Shown here in pieces: positions 1 to 13,428 of a stretch of 64,000 bases of DNA; position 1 is the first letter of the stretch; the number at the start of each line of letters is the position of its first letter. Source of the stretch: Phoronis australis (taxonomy: Eukaryota; Animalia; Phoronida). The notes beneath the pieces were generated by a model that was not told where the DNA came from, did not search any database, and was given only the letters and a program-made list of their open reading frames with translations. Made by a program: the position numbers and the translations under genes. Location: the NCBI GenBank assembly GCA_002633005.1, contig NMRA01000598.1:192198-256197 (forward strand), given 5' to 3'.

Positions 1-2054
1 TAACCGACACGTGTCTAAGTACGCAATTTCAAAGAAGACAAAATGTATGTTGAAAAATGCCCGCTAAAATTCTAGGAATGACCTACCGTAAGAATGTCAT
101 TAAAGTCGTTGAATATGGAAATGACATAAATCTAAACGCAAACTTCCTCCATTTGTTTGCGCTGTTTTTACAACTCGAACGATTGAAAAAATTCCTGTCT
201 AAAACTTCCGCGAGGCATTGTATGCTAAGGCCGAATGACAAATTGATGCGCGAGAATGATGTAGTGCAAGTTTCGCAAGAAGAAAATCTTTTTTCTGATG
301 TATGTTGCGAATTCAATAACTAATTTTGCATTAAACAAAGTGTACTTCGACTTCGTGCAGAATTCCATAATTGAGTGGTTCGACTTTGGTGCTTTGGCAC
401 TGTTTACATGCTCTAGATATGGAAAAAATAGGTCAGTGAAAAATATCACGTGCGGAACATTTTTACTTCGGCTTGAAATGTGAACAGGGTCGGGATTTGG
501 GTCTTAAAACAGCGAGGAAATAACGGTTCTTTTGAAGAATAATTTGTTGTGTAGTGTGAGAAGCTATGATTGTCTTGAGACCAGGTAAGCGTCAATTTCA
601 ATAAATCAGCCATTCTTGCAACATGCGTTGTAGAAGACACTACCAACTCGATGTACCCAGCGACCAACCCTCTGGTGGACTCCTTAAATTGCGAATAAAG
701 CAATCAAAATGAGAGTGGAAAAAATACAAGAAGAAAATCACCTTCAAAGTTTTTTTTTCGTTTTTCCTGAGGTCGTCCGTTTTTACGATTCGAAAACCGG
801 GAATACGACTGGCAAATAGGCAAATATACCGTCACTCGTATTTTTGAGCGGGAATTTTCGCCAGGGTCGAGCGCTGCTGTGCATAACGCAGTATAGTAAG
901 TCGTTTACATGACACGTTTGATTGGGACCTTGGACAATACTGTATATGTATTTGTTGCATCGCTGCCGTGGATGGAGCATGAACTTATTTGACAAAGACA
1001 CGCCGGACACTTAACAAACAATATGTTTAGAGTTTGTTGACAAATTAATGTAATATCAGCTCATATATGTAAATACATTCAGCGTCTAAGCGCTCATTGC
1101 AACTAATGGAATAACACTTCAGTCATTACAAAATTAAACTGAAAGTAAAAAATGTTAGCAGTAGCGTAAACAAATTTTAATGCTTGCTTACGAAAAAATA
1201 AAAATATTTTCAGAAATAATTATTCTCTTTTGTAAAATAAACTTACCAATGATGTAGTTTTGGTAAAACAACTTCAGAGGAAGGTTCTACAAAATAATAT
1301 CAAATAAAGCAGGTATTAAAAAATGGCCTTGAAGTTTCAGTGTAAATTAGACGGTTAATCAAAATACAACGAGAAACTCGACATTTTAAGACCTGCAATG
1401 GACGAAAACAACAATCAAGATAGATTAAGAAAGAGAGGGATAACTTCAAATTTTACAACATTGGAAAACGACAAATAAGAAACCGTGTAAATACCTGAAT
1501 TTCATTTGTTTAAGTTTTTTTTCGAGTTGAAAGTTTAGAGAAGAAGATTTCTAAAAGCTGAGTTAGAGATATTGCAGTTAACACACCGAAAAAATACTGA
1601 TCCTTAGCTCGGAAAAAGTTCACCTTTTGTGTAGACAGAGGAGAATGGAGCAGCTGCGTCTGTACCCCCTGGTTTTTAATACTTTCGGGAAAATGTTTAT
1701 CTGTACTAATAATGATATGATGGCCTTCTTGTGCTAATAACTATATCATGAAGAGGCAAATTTATTGGTTCAGATGGACTAATTATTTCTAATAACCATA
1801 ACGATCTCAATTTATTTGCTAATAATTGTGATCTGTACGGGTGAATTCGTCGATGTGCTGATAACCAAGACGGTCATGCTAATAATTGACAGACTTCTGG
1901 ACAAGGAGATGAACACAACAATCGTCTTTTCTGGACCTTTCAAAATCCTTTGACACAGTATACCACGATATCTTTCATTTTACGGTTGAGTGGAACATTT
2001 ATTCTCCAAAATTACCTTAATAAGCAATTGACGACAATGAGTGTTATTTGACAA

Positions 2055-2234
2055 TTCATGCTGCCAAAAATTAAAACTATCATCACAGACGTACGCCAAG
2101 GATACATTACTGGTACACACACGCACAATAACAATAACAACAACAATTTCATCCTGCCAAAAATTAAAACTATCATCACAGGCGTACGCCAAGGATACAT
2201 TACTGGTACACACACGCACAACAACAGCAACAGC

Positions 2235-2287
<53 letters not shown>

Positions 2288-2290
2288 AAC
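2055..2290. repeat. Local ~95-bp tandem duplication ending in an (AAC)n microsatellite
   Basis: 'ctgccaaaaattaaaactatcatcacag.cgtacgccaaggatacattactggtacacacacgcaca' occurs twice, the second followed by a long AAC tract; this explains the poly-N/T/L ORFs. Confidence 0.9.
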
Positions 2291-3239
2291 TGAAATCAAT
2301 AATATCAAGATATCAGACATATTCACATGGTTATGAGTCAGCAAGTTGTTAAATGTTACTGCTGCAGTATACAGTACTTCGGTTCTTTTTCTCACATACA
2401 CACGGGAGCTTATACATTGGCCGTTATTTACTCTGACTAATTAGTCGCCCTACATACCGCCTGCGACGACCATTTTCAAGGCGCTTAGCAAAAAACAGCT
2501 GATGATGTCGCCGCCTCGATTTCAGTTTACTTTGACTTGAAGCCTTTTTCGGAATCGACAATTTGGTACAAAATTACAACAGATTTTGCTGTTTTATAGC
2601 TTCAGCCAAAGTCAATAATTTGAGGAAGCCAAACCTGCCAAAAGTATCCCCGATGCACTTTTTCGGCAGTAAAGTCGGTTGAGACCTTTCAAAGGGAAGA
2701 CGAGCGGAGTCATAGCACATAAATGACAGAATAAGAAGTCTTATATTTTACAGTTTCTTACTGCTAAAGGCCCTGTCGCATCAAGGCAGTTCCAAGAATT
2801 TGGCGCACTGTAGGGACCCGACTACACTATGGAGACAGTTTTGGAATCTGTGTAAAAATAAAACCACATGGACGAGAATTGAATCAACGTCGCCGGGTTG
2901 CCCGTTTCTACCCGTCCCCAGACTTTGTCACCAAGGATTCGGATGTATTGTCAGCGTCAGGGCCCCTGTGAACAGTGAAACGAACATGTTTAAACGATTG
3001 CATGGATCAATAAAACAGTGCTGGCGGTAGTCCTTTTGAGCATAGCGTTTCAATCATGAGTTTTGAATCTACTGGCCGACCAAGTTTCATCTTTTCACAT
3101 GCTACAGGCGTCACTTGAAACGTCACACGATTAGTCAAGTGACCTGTTTCCCGCCATATGTGCGTTTGAGCTTGTGGTACAGATTTCCCTATTAATTATC
3201 TATGCTTAAGTTATATCATGAGCTGTGACGAATTAAGAA

Positions 3240-3480
3240 ATAGATATGCCTACAAAGAAAGCGCTTTCTAATCGGCAAAGCAAGAAGCAAACTGAACTTA
3301 CCAACCCTGATTTACGTCAGTGAAAACCTTACTAAACCACGGCCCCTTTCTTCGCTCGCTGTCACTTCCTCGTACAATCCAAAACAATGGCCAAAACATG
3401 GTCGCACGACGGTAACGCAATGATCCAGCTCCATGATAACAGGATCAAAGAAGCTTCCCCTGAGAGTGACCTCTAGTGTA
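3240..3480 (+). mobile_element. Degenerate LINE ORF1 C-terminal remnant
   Basis: Manual translation across a frameshift gives ARSKLNLPTLIYVSENLTKPR / FFARCHFLVQSKTMAKTWSHDGNAMI, resembling the IYINE(D/N)LT...TWTxxG motif of CR1/L2/Jockey-group ORF1 proteins. Confidence 0.55.
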
Positions 3481-6191
3481 ACAAAACTGCGACATTTGAA
3501 TTATATCCAACTCATTTGTCCTATTGTTGTTGATACCCCAGTTGGTTGTGTGGATTTTTTCCCTGCTGTCGACATCCTCCATATTGTTTGCATTCAGCCA
3601 TCAAGCCACCCCTCCCTCCCATAAGTCTTGGTATGATCAGCTACTTTTGCAGTCAACTGTTACACATTCATCTTTCTCCCTTATGTAACACAAGTTCAAG
3701 TTCAAGTTATTCTATATGTTTATGGCCCCAACCATGAGGCCTGCGCTCGTCTGATTCACCACAAATGACATCAGGCCACCTGCACTTTTTAGTGGTGTCC
3801 TACTCTGTTCACTTACACATCTATCACAACAAATCAAGTTACGGTCTTGGTCGATAACAGGAATAATGTCTAGTGGGATATTATTTCATCTACGCCACTC
3901 TCGGTACGTCTTTTGTATTTAAACCAGAAAAACCTCACCTTCTCCAAATCTAATATTTTTTTTTCTTTTTGTGAACCCATCCTATGAGCACAAACTTATA
4001 ATGATGAAATAATTCCTAGACAACAGTCGCACAGACATCTTTGTTTACTGTTAGATGAAAACCATTTCTTCACACGACCTCACATTCGGGAGCTCTTACA
4101 TAAAATTCGGCAGCTACTTAATCCATATTATATATCAGTCTGCCAGCACTGGTGCACCCCAACATTTGGAAAAATTACAGTACTAGGTTGCCTTACTCAT
4201 AACTGGCGTTTACAGGATATCCAATAGTGTTAAGGTTTTGAATAGTCTCAAGTGGCCTAAACTGTATATTCGGCGAAATCTTTACATGACCATATTTACT
4301 TCCAAAGAACTAAACAATGTCAGCAATGCCTCTGTTAAAAATTATTTGGCCTATATACAAGGTCATCTTACTGGTTTGAGATTACTGTGTTAATTTTCCT
4401 TGTATGCTCTGAGTATTCTTGAATGAATATATGTCACCTTAAAATTGTTAACTAAACTATGTTCGGATCCTTTCTGCGAAACAAATGCTGATCGTGGATA
4501 GCACGGATCACCAACTGACATGTTTTGTATTGGTTACGCAAATAGGCCTGCTGAAATTTTCGTAGTTGATAGTTGATGTACGAGTAAGACGCTGAATGAA
4601 TGCCTTCTATCATGATCAGCCCAGGTCTGGTAAACTGATTTCTGAAAAATCAATCTCCTGAGATTTTTCTTGGCAATATGGTTATTCAACATTCAATTGG
4701 AATCACTTATCGACCCACTAGAATTAATTACGAAACCGGTCTTCACCCGAGCGACAAAACCGTCACATAGTTTGACAGCTGTTGTCTTTTTATAGCATCC
4801 TGAAAAAGGAATTAAACATCCTGCTGTTGATAACGATGTGCAACCACTACGACAGCGACTTCCTCCGCGAGTGATGTCAATCGTTGCAGCCCAAAGTGAA
4901 AGTATTGTTTGACCATTCTTTGTGCCGTTAACCAATCACATAAGGGCACTATCAGCCTCTTTTTTCATAGCCTCGTAATCTCCAAATGATTAGAATCGCT
5001 CGAACGGTGTTCAACAGAACAATGGCTTCAGGTGAAAACGCGTCGCTTAACATGTCAGAGAAAGTGGATGCAAATGCGTCAGTTTCAAGCGTCACCCCTC
5101 CGTATTTCTCAACGCCAGAAATTTGTAACATTCTTGATCCGCTAGGTGACGCTTAGCGCCATGTCCCTAACCAATCATAACAACGCATAGTAAGGTTAAA
5201 GGTCATGAAGCTTGGGCACTATTACCAGAGCCGAAGTCAGTATGCTCTGCAGAGCAATATTTATCAAGTTTACAATAACAGCATTTGGAATGTCTGGGTC
5301 TACAGTATGACAGTGCTAGCTGGGTGATTGGGGTCACAGACACTATCAACATAACCACAACAAATGTGAACTGAACGCCAGCCAGCCAGCCGCGTGTGCT
5401 TGCAATTGGCTTAAACGGGCTGCCAAAGCGCTTTTTATTAATTTTCTGATGTTTGTCAATACATATTTGTGTCCGGAATCCACTCCAATGTAACAGTTAC
5501 TGAATTAAGACGAAGGACAACGTACCGTGGATCACAAAAAACGAAATAACATTTTGAAGATTACTAGTATATCAACTATATAGGCCTACTCACAGGCGAA
5601 ACTTGCATAATGACTGTACAAAATCCGACTTCGAAAGTATTTCTGAACTCATACCGGATGAGAAAATGAACAAATCAGTTTCTTACCGATTCTACGCTAA
5701 TCTCTCATCTACAGAGTGCAAATTCCATTGCAAAGAGTCGACAGCCAGGCGATCGGCAACATTTCATCTCACTGACAGCACTGTACGCCGATCCATTTTC
5801 TGAACACAAGAGACGTGGAAAAATTTTCGAGAAACAACATGAAATTTGGATCAGCAACCTCTGAGTACTCCTGGTAGTCACCTAGGCTATCGGCAAATCC
5901 GATGGCAAAATGAATTCAGCCACAAACTTGACTTCAAAATGAGCTATGCGCTCAAATAGTGGCTTCCGGACGATCGTTAACATAGGCCTGAACGGGGTAA
6001 CCTTCAAACTTCAAGAGACGTGGAAAAATTTTCACCATTGGCGCTGATATTTGGCGGTAACATGTCTTAACATACACTCTATGTGACAGGCTATCGGCAA
6101 ATTGTGTAGTTATCTCCCCTTGCTTATAAATTCCTGATTTTTGCCTGCTCTTGTGTATTTCTTATGGAGGGATGCTGGCAAGATTTAGCGC

Positions 6192-7115
6192 ATGCGCAGT
6201 AGTGCATGTTACAAATTTCTGGCGTTGTTTTATATATTCATAGTTCTTCAGACGATCATTTTCCTTGGAACAATTTTCGGGAACGTTTTAGTCATCATTT
6301 CCTATTTTAAGTTTGATGCCATTAAGGAGCGCGTCAGCAACATGATTCTGCTCAGTCTGGCCTTCACGGATATGGGAACAGCTCTTCAGATACCGGTTAA
6401 CATCTACAAGACATCTATCTCGCAGTTGAGTGGGACATCTCCGATTGGGAATTCTACTTTGGGCTGTTTTCTGGTGCTAATTATGCAGACCTGGCCACTC
6501 GCAGCAACTCTGTCTACGTTGGCAGTGGTAGCGCTTAACCGTTTTATTGCGATAACGTTTCCTTTGCGATATCACCAGCTTATGACCAAGCGCGTATGCA
6601 CAGTGCTGATACTTGTAGCACTCATTTATCCCCTGGTAGTGTTGGTCACGTGCATGTTTATTTCTACTTACCACTTCGGCTTTGTGATGCCTAAAGGACA
6701 AAGGTGCATTCTTGAGTTACTTATTGGACCCACTCTCACTCAGATTGCTTTAGCGCTCGGTATTTATATTCCTATGATCTTAACATATCCAACTCACATT
6801 TATACAGTTGTTGCAGCTTGGAGACATAAACGCAAGATTGCCAGCGACAGTAATCAAATGACCGAAGACACTCGGAGACAATATGTAACACTTCGCACAA
6901 TGACAAGAATTCTGTTCGTATATACCCTCTGCTACTTTCCGTTCTCAGTAGTAAGAATAGCGATTCGACGCAATCCGACTTCTTCGTGGCCACTTCGTGT
7001 TGCCAACGAATTTTTATTTACTCTGTCATTTTTAAACAGTGCTGTCAATCCGCTTATTTACGCGCTTAGCGATGACACTTTTCGGAAAGCTTTCCGGAAA
7101 CTCCTCTGCATTTGA
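6192..7115 (+). CDS. Intronless orphan rhodopsin-family (class A) GPCR, 307 aa
   Basis: Seven hydrophobic segments; TM1 GNVLV, TM2 SLAFTD, TM3 ALNRFIAITFPLRY (DRY variant), TM6 CYFPF, TM7 NSAVNPLIY, helix 8 FRKAFRKLLC; disulfide Cys in TM3 and ECL2. Confidence 0.93.
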   Translation: MRSSACYKFLALFYIFIVLQTIIFLGTIFGNVLVIISYFKFDAIKERVSNMILLSLAFTDMGTALQIPVNIYKTSISQLSGTSPIGNSTLGCFLVLIMQTWPLAATLSTLAVVALNRFIAITFPLRYHQLMTKRVCTVLILVALIYPLVVLVTCMFISTYHFGFVMPKGQRCILELLIGPTLTQIALALGIYIPMILTYPTHIYTVVAAWRHKRKIASDSNQMTEDTRRQYVTLRTMTRILFVYTLCYFPFSVVRIAIRRNPTSSWPLRVANEFLFTLSFLNSAVNPLIYALSDDTFRKAFRKLLCI

Positions 7116-7356
7116 ACAAACAATTACTTTAAGAGAAACCATTTAGTTTTCAGAAGTGGCGAAACTTTCTCGAGGAATTTGGATTATTGCAATGGTGCTG
7201 TTTAAACAATAAAAAGAACTCGGAGCGGCAAAATATGAACTAACTTTGAAAACAGAATATATTTCACTTCACGAGGACACCACACACTGGTGAATCTGGA
7301 ATACGCGAGGAAGATCCAACCTGTGATTCCAAGGGACAAACTATTCGTAAATTAGA

Positions 7357-8140
7357 ATGCCTCGTCGGCCAGTTCGAATGTTGGCCAAAACTGACTTGAA
7401 TTTTCTGTTCACTTGCGCTCAGAATGAATGCATTCATTCTAACACTGATGGTTCAAGTTATGTTGGCTATTTATCTAGTACTTTGTCTCACAGGTTGTCT
7501 ATGCATCTGAAAAATGGTTCCATTAAGGACCAGTTTCACACGCACCACAAAAAGAAAACGACCCGTTTCGACATCGTCGACAATACCATCGTTAGATATT
7601 TCGAACAGGATACCATTCGTCTGAAAATTCTCGAAGCATTAATAATAAAAACTAAATCTCCTGACATAAATTCTCAAGATACTGGGTTCCATCGTACCGT
7701 GTGGTTCTATAAATAATACTCATATTTTGTAGTAACTATGTATTTAATTTAGCTCTGCAACATTTTATAATAACATAGTTCCCATGATAATTCCATCTCA
7801 AAATTGCACTCTTTTATACGCTACCGTATATTCGTATTTAAAGTCATTGTTCTTGTTTTATGTATCATACACGATATCGTTTATACTTTCATATTCATTT
7901 GCCTGGATGACTGTAGACTAGTGAAAGTACAGCAACTGTTTTGCTGTGAAATGTGTTTTGTGTTATATTTACTCATGTGTTTGTGTTTGTGTTTGTGATG
8001 CCACTCACACTTGGCTCTCTACTCTTTCAATTAACACCCGTCCAAAACATTTTTGTGGACGATGCAAACTATCAAAGGCTAAGAACAGTCTATTATTCAA
8101 TGAAACATTCATGAAAGAAGGTCTGCTACCAGAATACACA
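7357..8140 (+). mobile_element. Penelope-like retroelement relic: C-terminal GIY-YIG endonuclease, 3' UTR, then an ORF N-terminal fragment
   Basis: ORF 7357-7716 has FTC..EC...SYVGY..TLSHRLSMHLKNGSIK...RLKILEALIIK...PDINSQ, typical of PLE GIY-YIG domains; 8060-8140 encodes KLSKAKNSLLFNETFMKEGLLPEYT, resembling PLE ORF N-termini. Confidence 0.75.
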
Positions 8141-8654
8141 CGCGCACGCGCACACGTGCACACGCACCTATGTTATCGTTGTCTCATTGTTTCTGTAATA
8201 ATTCATTTGAGCAATATTTACCTGTTGTCCAGATACAATGTTGATTAGATTTCTGAACAGTAATGTTGTTTGTTATCTGCAGTATTTTCCTATAGCTGTG
8301 AAATAAAATTTGAAAGAGAAAAGTTTGTTTTGTAAAAGAATCCAGTCAAATACTTCGGGTTACCGACAGCGCACTTCTTCTAGCTGTCTCACTTTTCGAA
8401 TTTTACGCCATTCCGCCAAACTATCAAGTATACCATTTTTGGGTGTTACGGCTTCAGTTGAACAAAAACCTATGTCGGGACGTTTTTGTGTGTTTCGGAG
8501 ACGATTTCACCCAGATGTCCCACTTTTCAATCCAGTTGTCCGGTTGTTTTTAACACTCAAATGTTAACAACTATTCAGCAGGTGTTTAAAATAACATTGT
8601 CTCTGTGTTCTGACTATTTTTATTTTCCCCTGTCCACCAAGGCGTAATCAACAA

Positions 8655-9045
8655 TTGGTTGGACTTCAAAACGAGTCGGCTTGTTTGCAAAACCAAATGG
8701 CCTGTGATCAAACGTGTTGTCCGGACTTCAAAACACGATAGTTGGCTGTGCTCAAAACACAATGGCCGGTGCTATAAACAGTTGGCTGGTGATCAAACAG
8801 ACGTCCTTAGAGATATCGAGTGTTTATTTTTCGTACCCTTTTGTCTGTTTTGTTTGAAATCGGTCATTTGTTCGGCTTATATGCTGTAGCACCGGCCAGA
8901 CCGTTTTATGCCCCACCAACCACTTTTTGGGGTGCGGCCATCTGGTTTTGAGGTACCGGCCAACCTGTTTTGAGGTCCTTTGGGTTTTGCATTCGAATCA
9001 GCTGGTTTTGAAGTCCAGACAAGAGGTTTTGAAGTCTGACCAATT
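8655..9045. repeat. Degenerate short repeats in inverted arrangement (foldback/MITE-like)
   Basis: Forward units like ggacttcaaaac (8661, 8723) face reverse units like gttttgaagtcc (9004, 9026); ends not defined. Confidence 0.45.
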
Positions 9046-9712
9046 TTTGATTCCCCTCTTGATAACAATCGTAAAAATGTCTTTTTACTGCGGTAACACG
9101 CACTACGTGTATTAATGTCATTAATTTCAACTTTCTCAAGAAATGGATTTCATTTCTAAATTTGTGTGTAAAGTCCTACACTGCAACCAACGTAATAACA
9201 TATCCACAGTATATAGATGTTTGCCCATTTTTATCCAACAGACAACTTATCTGCAGATTTCAGATAGGTTGTATGAGTAATTACTTAATATTTATAGTAA
9301 TTAACTTATTAAAATAAGTTGACTAAATAAGTTGACTAAATAGTTAATTAATCAGCCAATTAGTACATGGAGGGTTTCACCATTGTATTAATTCTGTTAT
9401 TTTTCTCACTTTGGTAACGCTCTCACTTTTTAGAATTATAATGTTTTAAAACCTGTCATGTATGCGGTTGAAAAACGGCGGAGTTGTAAATAGTTTTAGT
9501 GGCAGTCAAGAAGATGACGCTTTTCCCTTTGGTCTAGCGTTAAAATATTTATTATACTCTAGGTACATAATTTTAGTATCGTATTAGAGTTCAGTGATGC
9601 TTGACTATGTGGAGATAGTTTAAAGAAACTAAACTTTTGACATTAATGTAATACTTCTTGATGGTGTCAAGAGTGGACTGTCACTGTTTGTAGTTTTATT
9701 ATCTTGTTCTAT

Positions 9713-10037
9713 TGTTGTGTTTGTTTTATGGATTGGCATGACCCCTAATGTCAGTACAGAGATGATGTAATTTGTTTACTACAGAATAGTGTGGAATATT
9801 CTAGGAGAATCTAGTGATTAATGCAACTTGGATCATTCTAGAGCATAGTATATGTTTGTAAAATGATTGGGTAGATTTCGGAAAGTTCTAGAATGTGCTT
9901 GAACTGGTGAAATGTTCTAGAATATTGCATTGGTCTATAAATACACAAGCATGGGTTTGTGAGACTTGTTTATTGAAAGTTGAAAAATAGTTAGTTACGA
10001 GGGAGTTATTGTTGATGCTGTACTCTCGTTTCTGCAG
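9713..10037 (+). promoter_or_regulatory. LTR-like segment with heat-shock-element cluster and TATA box
   Basis: Starts TGTTGTGTTT like the LTR at 13886; GAAtaTTC at 9794, perfect GAAagTTCtaGAA at 9881-9893, TTCtaGAAtaTTG at 9915-9927, TATAAATA at 9936-9943. Confidence 0.5.
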
Positions 10038-13000
10038 AGACCGCGGAATTCAAAAACGATTAGAACGAACGTATGTAAAATGAGAAATTAATTTTTGATG
10101 TCCATCATAGGAATGGTCTACTTTGCGAGCACATTGGTTGTTTGAGATATATGTTGAATGTGTAGTTCAGAGATCACAGGAGGGCCATTTCTGAGCCCAT
10201 ATTGGCGCCCACAAGCGTCGCCTTTTTCTCCCCAGCCAGTCTAGTTGTTTCAACGGCTTAATTTTAGTCGTTCTCCTCATCCTGCAGCTACAAAGTACAT
10301 GTTTAAAGGCCTATGGTCCGAGTTATAGAAGAAAAAACCTCTTAACGCCGTTTAAGCCGGTGTTTTGATGTGACATGGAGTTCAAAAATTTATTAACTTT
10401 CAACACGTGTAAAATTTTTGAAAAAAATCGTTGTAAATACTACAAACGAAATGAAATGTTTACAAAGAATATGATATCCGGAATGTTTTAATAGATGTAA
10501 ACATTACAACAACGCATGCGCAGCCACAGATCTCAGAGGTCAACAGAATTTATACAAATGACGGAGACTAGTTAGTCTATGTAGTGAACGTCCGAAGGAG
10601 AAACGCAATCGTCCTGCTCTACGAGATCCAGAAAGAGACGTGTTAGCCAGTGCAAAAAAAGGCATTACCAACAAACCGTATACCTGTAAGCGACTCGTTC
10701 GACGAGGACACGACTGAATGTTCGAACTCATGAAGGTTTTATATTACAACACGCTGCTTTCGATGGAAAAGTATAAGTCAGTAAGTGTGCTGTTTGTGAA
10801 ATGTTCAGTGACTCGTGTGTACGGTTATAGCATTCACTGATGGGTAACTGATCTCAGTCAGCATACATCGGACCCGAATCATTTTGAATAGCCTCAATTC
10901 GATCAGGTGTTCAGTTTTTGTTGTGCTTACTAATAATAGTACTGATTCAAGCTGACCCGGATTAGTTACACCTTGTTAGTGTTTTAACATATAGTTAAAA
11001 CTGCTAAGGCCCTTTCATTCTAACATGTCGATGTTTTTGGGAGTTGCAGTCAATATGGAGAGTTAACGTCGGTCCTGAATCGAAATTAACTGTGCCAGTT
11101 GACTTCAGCGGAGCGTCGACGCTGCGGTGCAGTATGAATGGTCAACTTCGGTTACATCGAAGAAGTTTAACATTGTTATGGGCCACTGTTATCATCAACA
11201 ATTAGTAGTGTCGTCGCTAATAGCTGCTCATATTTTGTTCGAGTTGTCACCAATCGGATTAGACACAGGTTTTTGTGTCAATTAGCACATGCCAATGTTC
11301 CAAAATTATCACATTAAAAATCCTGGTGTACAAGTGTTGCATCTACACTACGTTGCGGCTACTTCGATGACAACATCGTCAGCTGCAGTTAACTTAGACA
11401 TCCAAAGCCGGTATAAACGGTTCAGTTATTTTCGCAGTTCATGTCGACACTCTTCTCAGACCGGAATTAAGTACAAAAGGGCTTTTAGATCGATTTTAAC
11501 TTGCAAAACAATGTTGCATTTGGTGTAAATAATTGTTGTGGGAGGGGGGGTGACGTTTGTAGGATGTCTTAGTGACTACATTTGGCCATGCCAATAGCTT
11601 TGTTAGAAAGCTCATATCCTTGTTGGTCATACTGAGTACAGTGGGGGAGGGGGGAAGTCTTGGTCAAGATGGCTATACTTGAGAATGACTTACTTGTTTT
11701 GCTTTATTTTTTCCAGTTAGGAGAATACTGACCTCCTACACTTGCCTTTTGTCACGAAAACCAACTGTTCATTTAGACCATGTGTCATTAGTACGATATT
11801 GATCTCGAATTGTTCCTTGATAAAAATAGGTGTGGATTTTGGGCTCGAAAATCTCCAGCAATGTGTTACTACTTGAGAGTTTCTTTAGGTTGACGCGTCA
11901 CACCCAGTTCATTGCCTTGACGATCAATGGTTTTGCGATGACAACAAATGTCATTTGATCTATCAAAAGGAACTATCATTGCTTCATTGAACATTTGACA
12001 CTAATTTTAAAGTTACCTTTGCACAGTAGCTTGACGTGGATATAGACTGTTGTCAATACAAAAGGACACGGCTATATTTTTATATTACTCACTTTACCTA
12101 CAGCATATAAGTCTGACAATTTTACTTTTCATACATGTAAACCAATAACCCTTGATCACTGCCTACATGTGACTCCAAAACTGTGATAGGCTTACAGTAC
12201 CTGCTTTGTAATTGAAGTGTTCATGTGACTTGGTTCATGTTGAGTCTATCAACCATCGTCATTTGCTTTTGTTGATCCACGTGGTTGTGTGAATTGACTA
12301 CGTAATTAAAATAAATTTGTTCACGACTTCAAACATATTTTGATTAGTTACATGTCATGCAGCAACTCTTGTTTGAATTTACATTTCTGTTGTGTTGAGA
12401 ATTACTGCAGTGAAATGCATTTGATGTTATACAGGTTAAACTTCGGCAGTGAAAATTCATTTTTAATTGTTCGTTAATGCTACTATAAACCTGCCTTCCT
12501 TCAAATAAACTTGACTATTTATTGCCTCGGCCCTTACTCAAAGTGCAAGTAATTCCTGGAATTAGTAAGAACCGACAGTCTGTTATAGCTCAAGCTCAGT
12601 TTATCAAGTTTCCTTGAAACAGCTTGTCATATTCTTTAGGTGAATTTGTTAAAAGCGAAGAAACCCATCCTCACCTAGGTAAAGAAATTTACTGATAGTC
12701 GGTCTGATGCAGAAAATGGTGTAAATTAAAAGTTACTTTATTGTTGATGGAATGTTGGTTTGTAGCAACTTTACCAGTTGTGTTTCATTACATTTAAGTC
12801 TTCATCCGATTTTCAGTATGAAACTAAGAAATGGCATTGGGCATAAATTTTGTTTATTAGTACCACAAAGAAATTATATTTATCTGAGTACTAAGTAGTA
12901 GACAAAACAAATATATGCATTAGACACATAAAATACGGTACCTGAGTAAATTACATAATTTGTTTGACTGCAAGCAAAGTAGATAAATCAGTACGATTTG

Positions 13001-13247
13001 TGACATAACCCTTGCATTATGAAAATATGTTGGGGTAGGCACCTTTTGTTGTAGTTGGTACCTTTGTCGAAGGCCAGTACATCATTACAGTAGACTCTTG
13101 CCAGTTCCTCATTTATGACGAAGAAACCGAAAGTCCTGAATGAAAAATAAAAATAAAAATAAAAATAAAATTTTCTTCATAGCCATGTATAAGAGAAAAA
13201 ATCCTTCATTAACTAGTGTACTTCAAAAGCTGAATAGCTTGGAGAAT

Positions 13248-13428
13248 GCGAACAATTTGTCCACTCAGCACGCCATATTTTTGGTCACATCACGTCACCT
13301 AATGAATGTAAGTCCGAAAAGATTTCTTCCCTAGACGGGGACGGAGGCAGAAAACTTTTTGGATTGATATTCATTAGGTCACGTGATGTGACCAAAAAGA
13401 TGGCGTGCTGACGGGACAAACCGTTCGC
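13248..13428. mobile_element. Small palindromic MITE-like element
   Basis: gcgaacaatttgtcc.ctcagcacgccat.tttttggtcacatcacgt.acctaatgaat is mirrored by attcattaggtcacgtgatgtgaccaaaaagatggcgtgctgacgggacaaaccgttcgc. Confidence 0.7.

Noticed and set aside
1980-2401. Poly-Leu/Thr/Asn ORFs
   Set aside because: Translations of an AAC microsatellite and a local duplication.
7901-7950. SECIS element (ATGA...AAA...GA) as in Naiad PLEs
   Set aside because: No convincing helix pairing between the ATGA and GA arms, no in-frame UGA ORF, and the endonuclease here is C-terminal.
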